Source: Camelus dromedarius
Taxonomy: Eukaryota
Length of the DNA stretch: 64,000 bases
Direction: 5' to 3'
Assembly (NCBI RefSeq): GCF_036321535.1
Contig: NC_087451.1
Coordinates: forward strand, 49,786,001-49,850,000
The notes beneath the pieces were generated by a model. It was not told the DNA's origin. It made no database searches and saw only the letters and a program-made list of their open reading frames with translations. Numbering within the stretch: the stretch's first letter is position 1; the number at the start of each line of letters is the position of its first letter. The position numbers and the translations under genes are program-made. Positions 1 through 11,755 of this stretch are shown here, in pieces.

Positions 1-1199
1 GAGTTGTAGAAATAGATGAGGACTTCGGTAAGGAAAAGACACATTGATCCCAAATGTTACACTGTGCTCGGCTTTTATTCAAATAGTACAACTTACCAAA
101 ACCATACTAATGTGAACAGTATCTTGGGTTTGAAAAACTTCTCTATTTTTGTAATCACTTACAATTATAATTTACTTTTAAGTATCTGGAATGTTTATTT
201 GAAATAATACGATTTCTGGAAATGAAGATAATAATCAGTATTAAGGATTCAAAGGAATATGGAAAAGAAAAGCAAATCTATAGGGCTAGTTTTTGAAGTC
301 TTTATAATTGAGTCCAAAACATAAAGTATGCCTAGAAAATAACACAGTTTTAAAAAGTAAGAGAAACAAAAACAACCAAAAGATAGGTTATATACATTCC
401 CTCAAAGCAATGAACTTGGAAGGTTATGTTCTTATTCCAGTCATGCTACCTTTGTTCAAATTGATTTTACATTCTGGGGCATTGAAGAACCTATGTAATA
501 TTAATTTGTATCTGATGTCAAATTTTTATGTGTCTAAGAATGAATCAGATTTTTGAAGTCATTCAAATGTCATTGAGAACAGAGCTTGATTAAGACAGAT
601 GATCAAGCTAAATAGATTTTGGTTAGAAATGGATCCATTATTTGGACTCTCACTGGAGGCTAGGCTTTGGCTGTACCAAATGGGTAGGGTAGTTTGTGTC
701 CACCAGCACGATAGGAGACGTAGCTGTGAAACAGAGAGATCATGTTTTATGTGAGTCAGAAACTAACTTCGAAGACATTCTGAAAGAGTCGCAGTGATGC
801 TTTGAGCGCTGGCAGCTCTGGAATAAGAAAGCAGCCATCTCAGGTGATTGCTTTGAAGGGATCCCCCCACTCATTTGGTGGTAAAGTTCTGCCTCTGTCC
901 TTTGAATGGCGTCTTACAAAGAGTAACACAGACAGATTCTCTCACGACAACCGTGAGAAAATGCAAGGCTAGTTCAAACCAAACAACATTCAGGAGCTCC
1001 GGTGTCAGAAATGGTAGAGTTGGAAGAGGTTCTAGAATTCCTCTGGCCTAACCTTCTATGAGAATGCCTTCCTGCAAGCCTTCCTGAGAGCGAGTACTGT
1101 GTATCTGCTGATGGCTTTCCTCGTTGGAGAGGGTTTTTGCTTTTGCTTTCTTTTTTTTTTTTTAAACTAAAATGATTTCCCTGTAACTTTCTCTCCTTT

Positions 1200-2190
1200 A
1201 GTTTTAGTTCTACCCTTTAGAACAACATACGACTCTTCTACTCCCTCCTCAGCCTAGCAATCCTTCAGACATTTGAAGACGGCCATCATGTCTCCCCTAA
1301 TTTTCTCTTCTCCAGGTAGAACATCCCCATTTCTTTCAGCCTTTTCTTGAATTAGATAGCTTAGTGACCTCATCATTCCTGGTTGTCCTCATCTGAAAGC
1401 CCCTTAGTGTTTGGAGTACCTTTTAGAAAGTGCCACTGAGAATGGAGGACAGTGCTCCAGGCGTGATCTGACCAGTCCGGAGCAGTGGGCAGTCATGTTC
1501 CAGAGTTAGGACAGCACCTGTCTACTAACGTGATGTTAACTTTTTAGCAGCCGCATCCCGCTGTTGATGCAAAGTAATCTCAGGGTAAATTGAAATCGAA
1601 TTTTTTTCATATGAGCTGCTATTAGGGCAGTGTCCCTTCCTCTCTAATTGTGTATTTGATATTTTTAGTTGGCTCTTTGAATCTAAATGCTGATACATAT
1701 ATATCTCTGTTAAACCTCATGTTCTTCTTTTCTATCCATTTGTTCTAGCTCAGTCATTTCAAACATTATTTCTGTCACCTGTCCCATTGTATATCTTTCT
1801 CAGCACTGTGTCATTTGCAAACTTGGTAGATATGTCTTCTTTATCTTTCAAGTAATTGATAAAAAATAATGACGAATATCCAGAGACTGGAGAGAGAGCA
1901 AGCTCAAGCATGCAAGCCAGCCCCTTAGTGTTCCCCTGGAGAACTCTTTTCCCAATGACACAGTTTAGAATTCTTGGGGAAAGATTATTTTGTCAATTAA
2001 AAATATTTTATTATCCGGCCCACATTTTATCTGATTATCTTACAAGAGATTTCATAGGGGGCTCTTTTGAAACCAATATGTAATTTCTATCACATTCCTT
2101 TGATCTACCAATGTAGTAATTTTATCCAAATAGAAAGTGACATCTATTTGGTGTCTTATTCTTGGTGAACTCACCTTGGCTCTTACTAAT
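1200..2190 (-). mobile_element. Degraded L3/CR1 LINE fragment
   Basis: Resembles L3 antisense hallmarks, e.g. tgtgtcatttgcaaacttggtagatatgtcttc...aagtaattgataaaaa and ttcttggtgaac. Confidence 0.6.
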
Positions 2191-5100
2191 TGCTGATCAC
2201 AAACCATCTATTTTATTCTGGAAGCTCTTGATTGTCCATAATTGCAGACTGATTCATTGTCTGCATCTTGAGTGACAGTTTTAGTTGTAGGTTGGTTTAG
2301 TCAGCTCCCCAATGAAATAGGTTGGGTGTGCATTAATGGATGAGATTGCTCATAGGAAAGTACTCTGTACGTTGATCCTCAAAGAGAAATCGGTGCATTT
2401 TGGCATATCTATTTATAAACTAGAAGTAATTTGATGGTAATGTCAGCATACATCACTGACATCTGATAATCGAGAATGGAAAGAATGAAAAAGATGAGGA
2501 GGGAAACCAGCATACTCCTTCCTGTTCCCTGGTAGTATTTCAGTAATTTTTTTTATTGTAGTACAGTGGAAATTTAGGAGTTCTGTACTAAAGTTTCTTC
2601 TAGTTTGTGAAAGGATTGTAGATGAGATAGATGAGGGTGGAGGCCAGAAACTTAAGTGCCTACAGGGTCTGGATGGATAATGTAAGTGAAAGAAGGTGGC
2701 CAAGGATAGGAAATAAAAAAGGTGGGAACTACGACACGTCCTGTCCAAAAGAGGCAGCCACCACTTGGCTCTGGCCATTGGCTGTTGTCCAGGCCTGGTG
2801 TTGCCAGGACTTGTGATTCTCTGAGACACTACAAGTCAGGATATTTATATGCAATTTACTGATCTTTAAATAATGATAATTAAATTTTTAAAGTTGGAAG
2901 TACTAATCAAAACAAAGAAAGCATGTTTACAGGCCACAAGTTTGTACCTTCAGTCTTAAGATATAGCTTAGAGTTGTGAAAATGCAGGCAAAAAAAAAAA
3001 GTATACCTAAGCAATGAAAATGTCTCCTCTAAACACCCCCACATACAATTTTACCTTTTTGTCTTCAAAAACTTGAGAAAGTTGTGGCGTGATGGGGTGA
3101 GAATGGAACCACTTACCCTATTATTTCTTGGATTCTGGCAACCTTTGGTGGTTGGTCACCATTGGTTTGCTGTGCTAGGTATGCCTTAATGTTATGTAAA
3201 CTGTAAAAGGGTTCATTGATTGAGTAAAAGTCATTTAAGAATTTTTCAGTGTAAATCAATGGAGAGGATTCTTACTCAACAATAAGTCTTAAGTCTTTGG
3301 TTTTAGAAATCTGCCATGCCTAGTGTTTGATTTAGAAGTATAAATGAGCAGTTTCATTAAATGTCTGCAAAGAAATTAATAGGCAGATATTGGTACCTCC
3401 ATGTTGGTCTCAAATTAGTACATTGTCTTAGTGTGCTTATAAAAGATTTTGGTCACCTAAATAGAAATTACTTCCAGAGATAATACATAATTTGGGGCCA
3501 CATTCCCCTCTTTATGTCATCTTCCCACCACTTTGATTCATGCACTCAAGTACTTAAGTACCTACTTTAGATAGGATCCTGCTTTGAGCTGGGGCAAAAT
3601 ACCAAGATGAAAAAGATACAGACTGTATTTAAATACCTTGCTAAATATTATGTTAAAAATTTTTTTTAAACTTTGGTTATATTTCCGTGACATTATGCTA
3701 ACAAAGGAAGTGCTATATAACCTGATCATGAGAGGATTTATGCCTAATCAATTAATTATACTTAAACATTTTCAACAGTTCCAACATTTCTGAAATTGTA
3801 CATTTTTCCCCTAGCTATCTGTTTTTGACCCGAAGAGGCTGACTTTGTTTTTAGCTTATTTACTGATACTACATATTTTAAGCAGAAAGTAGTAATACAT
3901 TTTTTTCTTTCCAGTTTAATTGATTGTATATTGATTTCAACATGTGAGAGAAGTGTTCACCTACATATCTGACATGTAACTTTTTCTTTGGTAATTATGG
4001 TCCTAGCCTTTAGATCTGGATAGGTTTATGTTTTTCTTTAGAATAATGTATAAATAGCTGGAATTATTTGAATTTAAATACATTTGGAGGATGATTAATA
4101 TGTGGCCAGATGATTTAACCTTTGGCAATGCTTTCATTTGAAAAAGTGTAATTCATGTAATTGGAGAAAAATACCTTTTGATTATATTTTAATTTTCAAA
4201 TACCTTTTAAATCTGAACGGTGTTAAAATGATTTTGTAGGCGTGGGCTTGATTGTTGGTTTGAACTACCCAGAAATTTTAGTTTATTAAGTATTTATTAT
4301 TCTGACTTCAGAACACTCCGACTTTGCGTGAGGATGTTACTGTACTATGTGCTATGTACTGTGCTATGGCTTTAATTTGTCCCTTCCTTTAGATGTTCAC
4401 TTTCATTTGTTTGTGCCACTTAGTCATTTTTTTTAAACTCCTCTTGATCCCTTTCCCAGCTGGGTTTCAGTGTATAACCCTTCCACTTCTAACCTAGCAT
4501 TTCATCAGCACTGTTTATTTTACAGTGTATTATTTTGATGTGGTTTCCTTTGGCGCATATTTTGGTTTTAGGATTTCTTTCACCACGTTTTTGCATTTGC
4601 ACTAGCCGTATAAATTATTTGTTCGTATTACTCCTTAAGTTTGGCAATAGCATCTTTACTTTAGCAACAAAGTGCGTAGTTGACACTGAGTATTTACAGA
4701 GATCCAAAGTTATGATGGACGGTCATCATACCCATTGTATTTTTTATCCTATTTTTAATGTATTTTTTAAAATTAGATGATGTGACACTTATTTTAATCC
4801 ATTGATTAATGATGTCATTTGCTCATATTGCTTTAATAATCACCTAAGTTCCTCTACATAGTTTAAAATCACATTATTTAACATAGGAGCTCTTTTTTTT
4901 TTGAAGAAGGGATTTTATTGTTGTTACACCAAAATGAACTGTCTTTTCACAGGATTGCCTTATAAAGAGGATAGGTTCCTAGAAATCTTAACGTTATAGA
5001 GATTCTCTTGGGAATGTTGAGTGCTTAGGATATTAAGTTACAGTAAAATACTGTATTTTAAGGAAGTGCATCCCGTGTTTTACTTTCATATGAAATGTCT

Positions 5101-6063
5101 GTGTTCATGTGGAAGATCCTTACAAGGCTTTTCTTTGAATTTGGATACATAATACATAGTTGTACATTTAAAATTACACTAGAGCTTGTGTTACAGATTC
5201 TCATTATGTAAGCTGCTGCTGCTTATAATTTAACACTTTTTTGCTATTTGGTTAGTATATTAAAGGACACAACAGGGTGGAGTTTGCCTATTCTGACCTT
5301 TAAGTATCAGTAGTTAACGTATAGATATTGTGTGTTTCCCATGTATCTGCAGTCATCTATAGATTTTTATTATTCTGATGCTTAATGAATCATTTTCTTG
5401 ACATTGATGCACACCTGTGTCCTTTTCCTAAGTATGTTACTATTCAGACATGCTCAGTTAACAGCTTTCTTATGATTTGTGTTGCAATTCATCTTTGTTG
5501 GATAATGTGTTGATTTCTTGACCTATTTTGAGGGACTGTATTATTAAAATATTTCATGCCTACTAGTTCAATGAAGAGAATTGTCATTGTTAAAATTATT
5601 ATTAGCAGTAATGGCATTATTATTAGAAATAAATATTTTAAACAGCTTCACCAGGTAGAAACTTTGAAAGAAATAAAATTAGGGAGATCCAGGAGACTTA
5701 AAACAAAAACTTGAAAACAGAAAACTTAACTATAGCTTTGATGACCGCAGTACAATTTTCAACTTGAGATATGTAATTGCAACTAGGGAAAAGCTATGTA
5801 TGATATCTATAAGCCCTAGTAACTTTGTTATATGCATATACTGTTTCAAAGTATTATGTTACCTGGGAGGACTGATAAAGGTGACTGGGTAGAACTGCTC
5901 CTCCTGCAGTCTCTAACTTCCCTGCTTTTGAGTATGTTCTGAGCTTTGTTTCCTCTGCGTAACAGCCTGCAGTCTGAGGCAAGGCTAATAGATGTCTGGA
6001 GCTCTCTGAATGCCCCCTCTTCCTCAGATTCTGACTTTTACAGGCGCTTAGGGCTCTGCAGTG

Positions 6064-6383
6064 CAGGCAGACCTCATTGTATTGTGCTTCACTTCATTGC
6101 GCTTTGAGGATATGATGGTTTTTACACATTGAAGGTTTGTGGCAACTCTGCATTTTCAGATGAAGCTTAGCATTTTAAAGCAATATTTGTAGTATTTTTT
6201 TAATTAAGGTGTGTATGTTGGGTTTTTTTTTAAACATAATGCTATTGTACACATATAGACTACAGTATAGTATGAACATAACTTTTCTGTGCACTGGGGA
6301 ACCAGAATATTCACGTGACTCACTTTATTGCAGTATTCACTTTATTATGAAACTGACCCCATGGTATCTTTGAGGTATGCCTA
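6064..6383 (+). mobile_element. Internally deleted Tigger1 derivative (MITE-like, Tigger1a_Art-type)
   Basis: Starts CAGGCAGACCTC..TTATTGCGCTT-like and ends GAGGTATGCCTA (both Tigger1 termini) and is only about 320 bp. Confidence 0.8.
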
Positions 6384-7177
6384 TGTCGTTTCTATATCCC
6401 ATGTATAAAGTGTTGTAACACATTATATAGAACAGTATTAAAATAGCTATTTGGGACTAGCTAGAATGGGTTTCATTACATTGAACCCTTTAGACCAATT
6501 ATTTTGTTTCTAGATGTTGCAATTGACAACATTCCCTTTATTTGTTACTGGTTAAATACACTGAACCAGTAAAGATTTTAGTTCATGTTCTTATATTTGC
6601 TGTAAATTGCAGAGTTCATCAAAGCATCTTGTATACCTTCTTTAAGGCATTCTCTGCAAAGTACGTAGGAATTTTGGCCACTCTGTTATATACCTTACGT
6701 GACCTTCGCACAAAGTTTTAATTTTCCTCTTTATTGCCTGAATTTTGAAGCGTTTCCTTCTCTCTGCCTTAATAAGTAGCAACCTCAGTAACACCCAGGC
6801 CCTGGCATGTTGATTGACTCCCACACCTTGTCAAGAAGCACTTGTCATTCGATCACTGTCTGGGCCCTCGGCACTTCTAAGACAGAAAGCCAGCATCCAG
6901 TACACAGGAATTTCTACCTAAGAACTCAAAAGCTCTGACAAGCTTCTCGTGATTAATTAAGGTTATATTTCAGCATCTAGTCGTTCTTTCTTATGTTCTA
7001 AAAAGAGATACTGCTGAACCTACATTATCTTATTCCACATAGAGTGGGGAAATGTGATTCTGATACATCAGTAGATTAGGAAAAAAGAACCTTTATACAC
7101 ACACATCCACATAAACACACATACACACATTTTTGACCTTATAATAATCATTTTGGGGAAGTCTATCTTAAGGAAAC

Positions 7178-7276
7178 TTATTTTATTTTATTTTTTTTAA
7201 TGGAGGTACTGGGATTGAACCCAGGACCTCGTGCATGCTCAGCACGCGCTCTACCACTGACCTATACCCACCCTCC
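7178..7276 (-). mobile_element. vic-1-like tRNA-Ala-derived SINE, short form
   Basis: Reverse complement has an A box (tataggtcagtggtagagc), a B box (gggttcaatccc), ..tacctcca and an A-rich tail. Confidence 0.85.
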
Positions 7277-10200
7277 TCCATGAAACTATTTTAAATATAG
7301 AGAAAAATCTTATGTAGAAAGGTATTCATCACTTCAGTTTCAGTCAGCAGTAAATGAAGATAGCCACCAATAGGAGGATGGAATATAATGCAGCTATTTA
7401 AAGTGGCATTTCTATAATGTATGGATACGTCCTTAGTTTTTAAAAGGATATAAAATTATATTAAGTTACACACATTGTGTTTGCAGCTATGTCAGACATA
7501 CATAAATACCCCAAATTTTAATTAGTTGCCTTTAAATGACTTTAATTAGGTGACTCTAGGTGATTTTTTTTCCTTCCTACTTTTATTTTCCATGTGTAAT
7601 GTGTTTATATTTTTTAATAGTAAAAAAAAAAACAACTTAAGGAGAAGAATAATATGCAATAAGATATTAAAATTTACTCTAAGATAGTTTATGTGAGTCA
7701 TTTGAAAAGAATTATACTTTTGAATTGTGGGAGAGTTACTTTTGCTCAAGTTTAGACATGAACTAGGAAGCAGCTTTATGAAACTGTTACTCTGCTTCTG
7801 CTTGAGACCTGAGATGACAACTGTGACTCAGTTCTTAATATGTAGGAGGTACAACTAAGACCACACTATGCTTCATTCAGGCATTGTCAGTTGAGCAATG
7901 ACAAATGTGCCGTTCATTAGAAACGCATTCTCTTTTGTAAGGAGAGCCTGGTTAGTGTAGCTCTTAAATGCATATGGTGAAGGTATAAAATAATTCTCTA
8001 AGTAGCTTCCTGTCTAAAAGTAGTTTTCCATATCTAAAAATATCTTAGCTACTGTGACATGGATGGAGTCATTGAAATATAATTTATGAGTTAATAGTTG
8101 CCTCGAGTTTTAAACTAGCTGTATCTCAAACACATACCTATATTGTTTCTCATCAATAAATATGAACTACTGTTTTGTCTATTGAAGGCTATTCTATAAC
8201 TTGGGGAAATAATACTTACTGTCTTTAAATGCAGAAGAAAGCTAAGCAGTAAAGTCAGGCAGAATACATTATTTCATGACTGGTAATACTGTCTCAAAAT
8301 ACAGCAAGGGGAGCTGTGTGGAACAGATTCCATACCTGAAGAGTATTTATGAGAAATCATCTCAACTGATGTTATTGCCATTATAGCTAACATTAATCCT
8401 AACCCCTTTCTTCCTTAAATTAAGAAATAAGTGTAAAAAAAAAAATTCTCCGTCAGTGAAGATGCATGAAAACCACAGAGACACCAAAGCTGATGCAAAA
8501 CTCTAATGCACTTTTAGCCTGTGCACTTCATAGCACTAAGTTCTTACGTCTCTGCTGACTTGGAGTTGTAAACTTTGACACTCTCAGCCTAGGTCCATGA
8601 CAGTCTCTGAGTTTGGGATGTTGAACTTATTTGTTTTTTACAGATGTGTGTTTGCAGTTTTTAGTAGTCTGAAATTAGAAGCATCTCCACACTTCATGAC
8701 TAATAGTTGTTAGCCTCGTTTTGAGTGAGGACTTCTGGTCACCACATATTGTCAGGTACTGGGATTCTCTTAGTGTTTCAGATATACCGAGACCAGCCTC
8801 TGGGGGGCATATGGAGAATGTGTATAACGGCCTTAGGTTTTTTGCCTGGTATGTGAGTGTTTTTAAAAGAGTATATATTTATAGGTAGATTTTTTAAGTT
8901 TGGTACTTTTCTATAGAATACATTTATTTTAAATATGTAGAAAGCATGAGATGCCTCAAAGAGGGTGGCAGCTCTATTTATGTGTGGGATGTTTAATTGA
9001 GAGATCCTATTTTCAGTCCCCTTCTTTTGTGAGCTGTGCTGTGAACTACAAACTGTGCATGTGTACAAAAGGTTAAGAGCCCGGGTAGCTGAGTGGGGTG
9101 CCGTGCTGTTAGCAGACGACGAAGGCAGTGTTACTCACCAGGTGCACGCCGTCAGCTCTGTAGAAGATTCCATCTTCATGGAGTCATCTCATGGTCCACT
9201 TTTTCTTGAAGCCAGGTAACAGCTCCCACAACCAGTGGGTTGGCCTTGTTGGAGTTTTTCCAAGTGGAAAAACTAAAAACCTAAGCTCTTTTCTTCCCTA
9301 ACTTTTTTTTTTTTTAAATGAAACATTGCCTGTTGGAAGAACTAACTTGCAAGGTGGAATGAACCCGTGTTATTACTTTGCTCTGTAAAATAATAATTAC
9401 ATAAGGAGTGATTTTTTTGTTTGTATTTTTGGCTAGAAACTGTGAAGGATAAGAAGTTGAAGTGCTGTGTGTCGTTTAACTGTGGTGATAAGCATGGAGC
9501 ACTCTGCTTGTGTTATAGACCTAATTCTTAGGGAGGTACTGAGTGCACCTTTTGTGATAACTAATCTGATTGTTCACTCTGACCTTTACGGAGACAAAGT
9601 AGTTTTGTACAGTTTATATTCTTGGCTCTTAACTCTTTTGCATATGTCAGTGTCTTGGCCTTTTAATGATGCCTGACTCTTGCTTCAAATCTGTTTAACA
9701 TAGTTATAAAATAAGCTAGACAGTCTCTCTAAGCTCTTAACTCTGTAAGTTTTCTACATCACCTCAGTTGCGTTCACTTAACTAAAGTGTCAGTGACACT
9801 TGCTCTAAAGCTTTTTCCTCTTCATGGTAAGCTGTCATACTTGAGGCCCTTGAGGGTGCTTAGCAGCGTTATTAACTGAGCATGCTCACAAACTCAGTTT
9901 GTGATACAGGCTGTCCCTGTTCTTGTCATGCATAGTATGGCTTCTTTTATGTCATGACCTTTCAGTCCATCATGTTACATTATGTCCTTTAGTTGGTACC
10001 ATCATCACTGCCTGTCTGACTAATACCAGGGTTTGGTTTGGTTTGTTTGGTTTTTTTTTTTCTTGTTCTTTCTTCAATCAGCAGTAACCAAATTACATGT
10101 GAACTGGTAAATCTTTCCCCCTCCCCCTCTGGAATTTCTTTTGGTAAACTTTTATGGGGCTCAATGTTTCCAAAGTCGATTTTAAGCATTGCTCTTAGAA

Positions 10201-10661
10201 AAGTATTGTCACTTGTCACTTAACTGCTTACAAGATAGCTTTTGGTTGGTTCCTGGGGGGCAGGAGATTGCACATCAAGTTCCATGAGATTGACTCTCAA
10301 AATTGTGAAGTCTCAGTCTTACCTCTCATTTTGAAGGACCATGGTGGTATTAAAAATTGGCAGTTTGATTTGTCTAAGTTCCCCATTTCCCATGTGAAGA
10401 AAATGTCTAACATTTTAGATGTCGCTTCCTCTCAAATAATAACTAATTGTAAAGACGTTTGTCTTTATTAATGTGTAAGATAATGGTTATCTAAGCAATG
10501 TACATGTGGCTTTATTGATACATGTTTTTGAGGAACAGTACTGTATGCAATTAGCCTGACAAGTGTGCTAATACTTCCCTAAAAGTAGACTGTTAATATA
10601 ACTTTTTTTTTCCATACTAATCTTGTTTTAAACATTAATTATATNNNNNNNNNNNNNNNNN

Positions 10662-10780
10662 NNNNNNNNNNNNNNNNNNNNNNNNNNNNNNNNNNNNNNN
10701 NNNNNNNNNNNNNNNNNNNNNNNNNNNNNNNNNNNNNNNNNNNNNNNNNNNNNNNNNNNNNNNNNNNNNNNNNNNNNNNN
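10662..10780 (+). CDS. RHOT1: Inferred terminal coding exon of RHOT1/Miro1 (C-terminal TM anchor); bases are masked as N and coordinates are approximate
   Basis: Not directly visible. The N-run (10645-10784, 140 nt) is preceded by a branch point and followed by sequence matching the recalled human RHOT1 3' UTR start (..CCCTACCAAAAACAAATACTTTTATGTACATTCTGAATGC..). About 120 nt of coding sequence plus the acceptor fits 140 nt. Confidence 0.6.
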
Positions 10781-10784
10781 NNNN

Positions 10785-11755
10785 AAAAAAATGCTGGCCC
10801 TACCAAAAACAAATACTTTTATGTACATTCTGAATGCTTTAAATTCCGCTAGAAATACTGAGATATTTATACATGCAGAGTTACTTTATTAATATTTGTA
10901 ATTCATGCATTAGAGTATTTTAATGCTAGTTATAACTGCAGTATTGGCTGGCATATGGAAAGAAACAGCTTAACAGCCAAACTAAGGTGGCTGAATTTCA
11001 GAGGCCAAAAGGGAATCTTTTGTAAATAATGTACATATTCAGGCAAGATATGGTCTCCCAAACTGAGTTCTAGGAATGACGTTTCTAGACGTTTCCACGT
11101 GGTGTTTGCGCTCAAGTTGGCTCACTCTCCTAGGTTTAAGTCAGCTCAGAGATTGTATTTACTCATTGATCACTTATTTATTTCACATTTACTCAGAATG
11201 ATCTTTGAGTACTTTCAGTACACGAGGCACAATTTGCCATTTTCTCTCCAGTTTTAAAAAACACAACTTTCTTTCAGTGCTGTCCCTCGCGGTAGTCCGG
11301 CCTCGAAGCCATCGTGTGGTCTAGAAAATTGTTCAGCTGAGTTGTGAGGCTCTCCTCGAGGGAAGGAGTAAGCTGAAGGCAGTTAGCAGAGGTGTCACCT
11401 GTGCGATTCTGTGGCTTCCTTTGTCAGGACGTTGAATTTTATAGCCCTTTCAATCAAATGAGAAAAAAGATTTGTATATTATCAGTGTTTTTAGTTTAAA
11501 TAAACAGTCGCCATTATTACTATTGAATTTTCTCCCAAAGTGTAAATCATCCTATAATGGCCCTGTCTGTTAATAGCGTATTACAGTAGCTGCATGTGCC
11601 ATGAAGCGTGCTCCCTCTGGCTAGGATAACCTAGAAGCAGCCCTTTTTTAAATGGTAAAATAAATCTAATGAATATAAACTCTCATGATAAACCTATTTT
11701 TTTCCATCATTGACCTTTTCAAGTATTTAAATAAATAACTGCTGTGTATTGTGAT
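10785..11755 (+). other. RHOT1: RHOT1 3' UTR
   Basis: Colinear similarity over about 1 kb to my recollection of the human RHOT1 3' UTR, e.g. GAGATATTTATACATGCAGAGTTACTTTATTAATATTTG and GAATATAAACTCTCATGATAAACCTATTTT. Confidence 0.85.
11730..11735 (+). terminator. RHOT1: Distal polyadenylation signal AATAAA of RHOT1
   Basis: AATAAA followed by a GT/T-rich downstream element (gtgatcttgagtttttttgtc). Further AATAAA hexamers at 11499-11504 and 11659-11664. Confidence 0.7.

Larger units (their letters stand above)
1..10644 (+). other. RHOT1: Last intron of RHOT1 (its 5' donor lies upstream of the window)
   Basis: AT-rich non-coding DNA directly upstream of the recognisable RHOT1 3' UTR. A branch-point-like ACTAAT sits at 10616-10621, just before the N-run. 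I found no other known RHOT1 coding exon in this span. Confidence 0.75.

Noticed and set aside
7201-7269. tRNA-Ala(AGC)-like sequences here and at 14631, 21770, 25549, 26137 and 50060
   Set aside because: Dispersed, diverged copies with broken stems, A-rich tails and TSDs; these are SINEs, not tRNA genes.
8644-8755. Possible 112-nt cassette exon (ttttttacag|...gtcag|GTACTG) in the RHOT1 last intron
   Set aside because: Weak donor, frameshifting, with a stop at 8711; no independent support, and such pairs occur by chance.
9001-9219. 72-codon open frame ending at a GCCAG|GTAACA donor
   Set aside because: No acceptor in the phase RHOT1 requires, no initiating ATG near the start, and no recognisable protein similarity.
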